Assembly (NCBI RefSeq): GCF_000143415.4
Contig: NW_003314459.1
Span: 9,348 to 71,919 of the forward strand
Source: Selaginella moellendorffii
Taxonomy: Eukaryota; Plantae; Lycopodiophyta
Length of the DNA: 62,572 bases
Reading direction: 5' to 3'
The translations under genes were made by a program, and so were the position numbers. Under the pieces are notes generated by a model. The model worked only from the letters and a program-made list of their open reading frames with translations. It made no database searches and had not been told where the DNA came from. Each line of letters opens with the position of its first letter. Position 1 is the first letter of the stretch. This document shows positions 61,770-62,572 of this stretch, piece after piece.

Positions 61770-62572
61770 ATGTACAAACACAAACCAGACCCAATCAAGA
61801 TCCGGGAAAGAGATCTTCGACAAAAGAATCGAGAAGTGAAAAAGGAAGAGATAGGAAAAGAGAAACTAGAACAACAACAGCAACAAATTTTAGAAACAAT
61901 ATTAGAGAAGTATGACAAGGAGGATAAAGAAATTCAAGTTGCCAAGTCAAGCAACTCAGCCAACAATAACAAAGAACTAAATAGTGAAGACGCCCCAAAG
62001 TTTGAGGCATTTAAAGAAGCCAAATACATAGCACCAAAGTTTTACTCCAATCCAAATTCACCAGAACAACAACTTCACCAACAAAGTCTACAATTTCAAA
62101 TGGCAATCATCAACCCAGCGACAGCCATAGGGAACATGATTTCCTATCCCATTTTTACTGGTGGAAAAACCGAAGATGCAAACCAGCATCTTAAACAATT
62201 TGATCAAATTGTAAAGATGAACAAACAGGAAATGCATCGGGAAATACTTTTCCCATACACACTTAAGGGAAAAGCACTCGATTGGCATAATACACTCGAT
62301 GATGCTTTGACCCATGATGAAAAGGTCACACAATTCAAGGAGCAATTCCAGACTGGTGGAACTCCAGAAGAACACTATGAGATCATCAAAAACTTCAAGC
62401 AAAAATCACGTGAAGGAATTCAAGATTACACTCGACGATTTAAGTTTCATGCAAAGCGCTGCAAGGATTTGATAACAGATAAAGGAAAGAGCTTATCCTA
62501 TATCCAAGGACTCAAAGAAATCTATAGAAACATGGTAGCAATTGCTGCTGCAACAGAGAATCCAGATGATGA
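61770..62572 (+). CDS. gag: Retrotransposon Gag (runs off the window end)
   Basis: ATG at 61770, open to the end. YPIFTGGKTEDANQHLKQF..LFPYTLKGKALDWHNTL..FKEQF..FKQKSREGIQDYTRRF..YIQGLK is the Retrotrans_gag/MHR pattern. Absent from the ORF track because it has no stop. Confidence 0.9.
   Translation, partial: MYKHKPDPIKIRERDLRQKNREVKKEEIGKEKLEQQQQQILETILEKYDKEDKEIQVAKSSNSANNNKELNSEDAPKFEAFKEAKYIAPKFYSNPNSPEQQLHQQSLQFQMAIINPATAIGNMISYPIFTGGKTEDANQHLKQFDQIVKMNKQEMHREILFPYTLKGKALDWHNTLDDALTHDEKVTQFKEQFQTGGTPEEHYEIIKNFKQKSREGIQDYTRRFKFHAKRCKDLITDKGKSLSYIQGLKEIYRNMVAIAAATENPDD

Larger units (their letters stand above)
59067..62572 (+). mobile_element. Ty3/gypsy LTR retrotransposon, 5' part (probably non-chromovirus Tat/Ogre-like)
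   Basis: Similarity to A1 stops exactly at TG (59067). A TG...CA LTR, PBS, long leader with ORFs and gag follow. Lineage is inferred from the tRNA-Arg PBS and the extra 5' ORFs. Confidence 0.8.

Overview
This is eukaryotic land-plant DNA. Very short GT-AG introns and the cargo genes suggest a compact lycophyte-like genome such as Selaginella (inference). It has several N gaps and no intact host gene. Almost all of 1-59066 is an uninterrupted head-to-tail array of about 12 non-autonomous Helitron-like elements. Most units end in a GC-rich hairpin plus CTAG (TCCCAGC-GTA-GCTGGGA-CTTTTG-CTAG) followed directly by (TCA)n-TACTC, the next 5' end. Each unit carries a (CT)n microsatellite near its 5' end and shuffled, decayed cargo: CYP88/KAO-like P450, a kelch-repeat gene, an amidohydrolase, plastid PDH E1-alpha, an RPA70-like gene and unidentified exons. 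Nested inside are a 5S-rRNA-bearing Cassandra-type TRIM (4981-5564), a PIF/Harbinger remnant and, at the right end, a Ty3/gypsy element (LTR 59067-59484, tRNA-Arg PBS, extra 5' ORFs, gag). No Rep/helicase ORF was seen.
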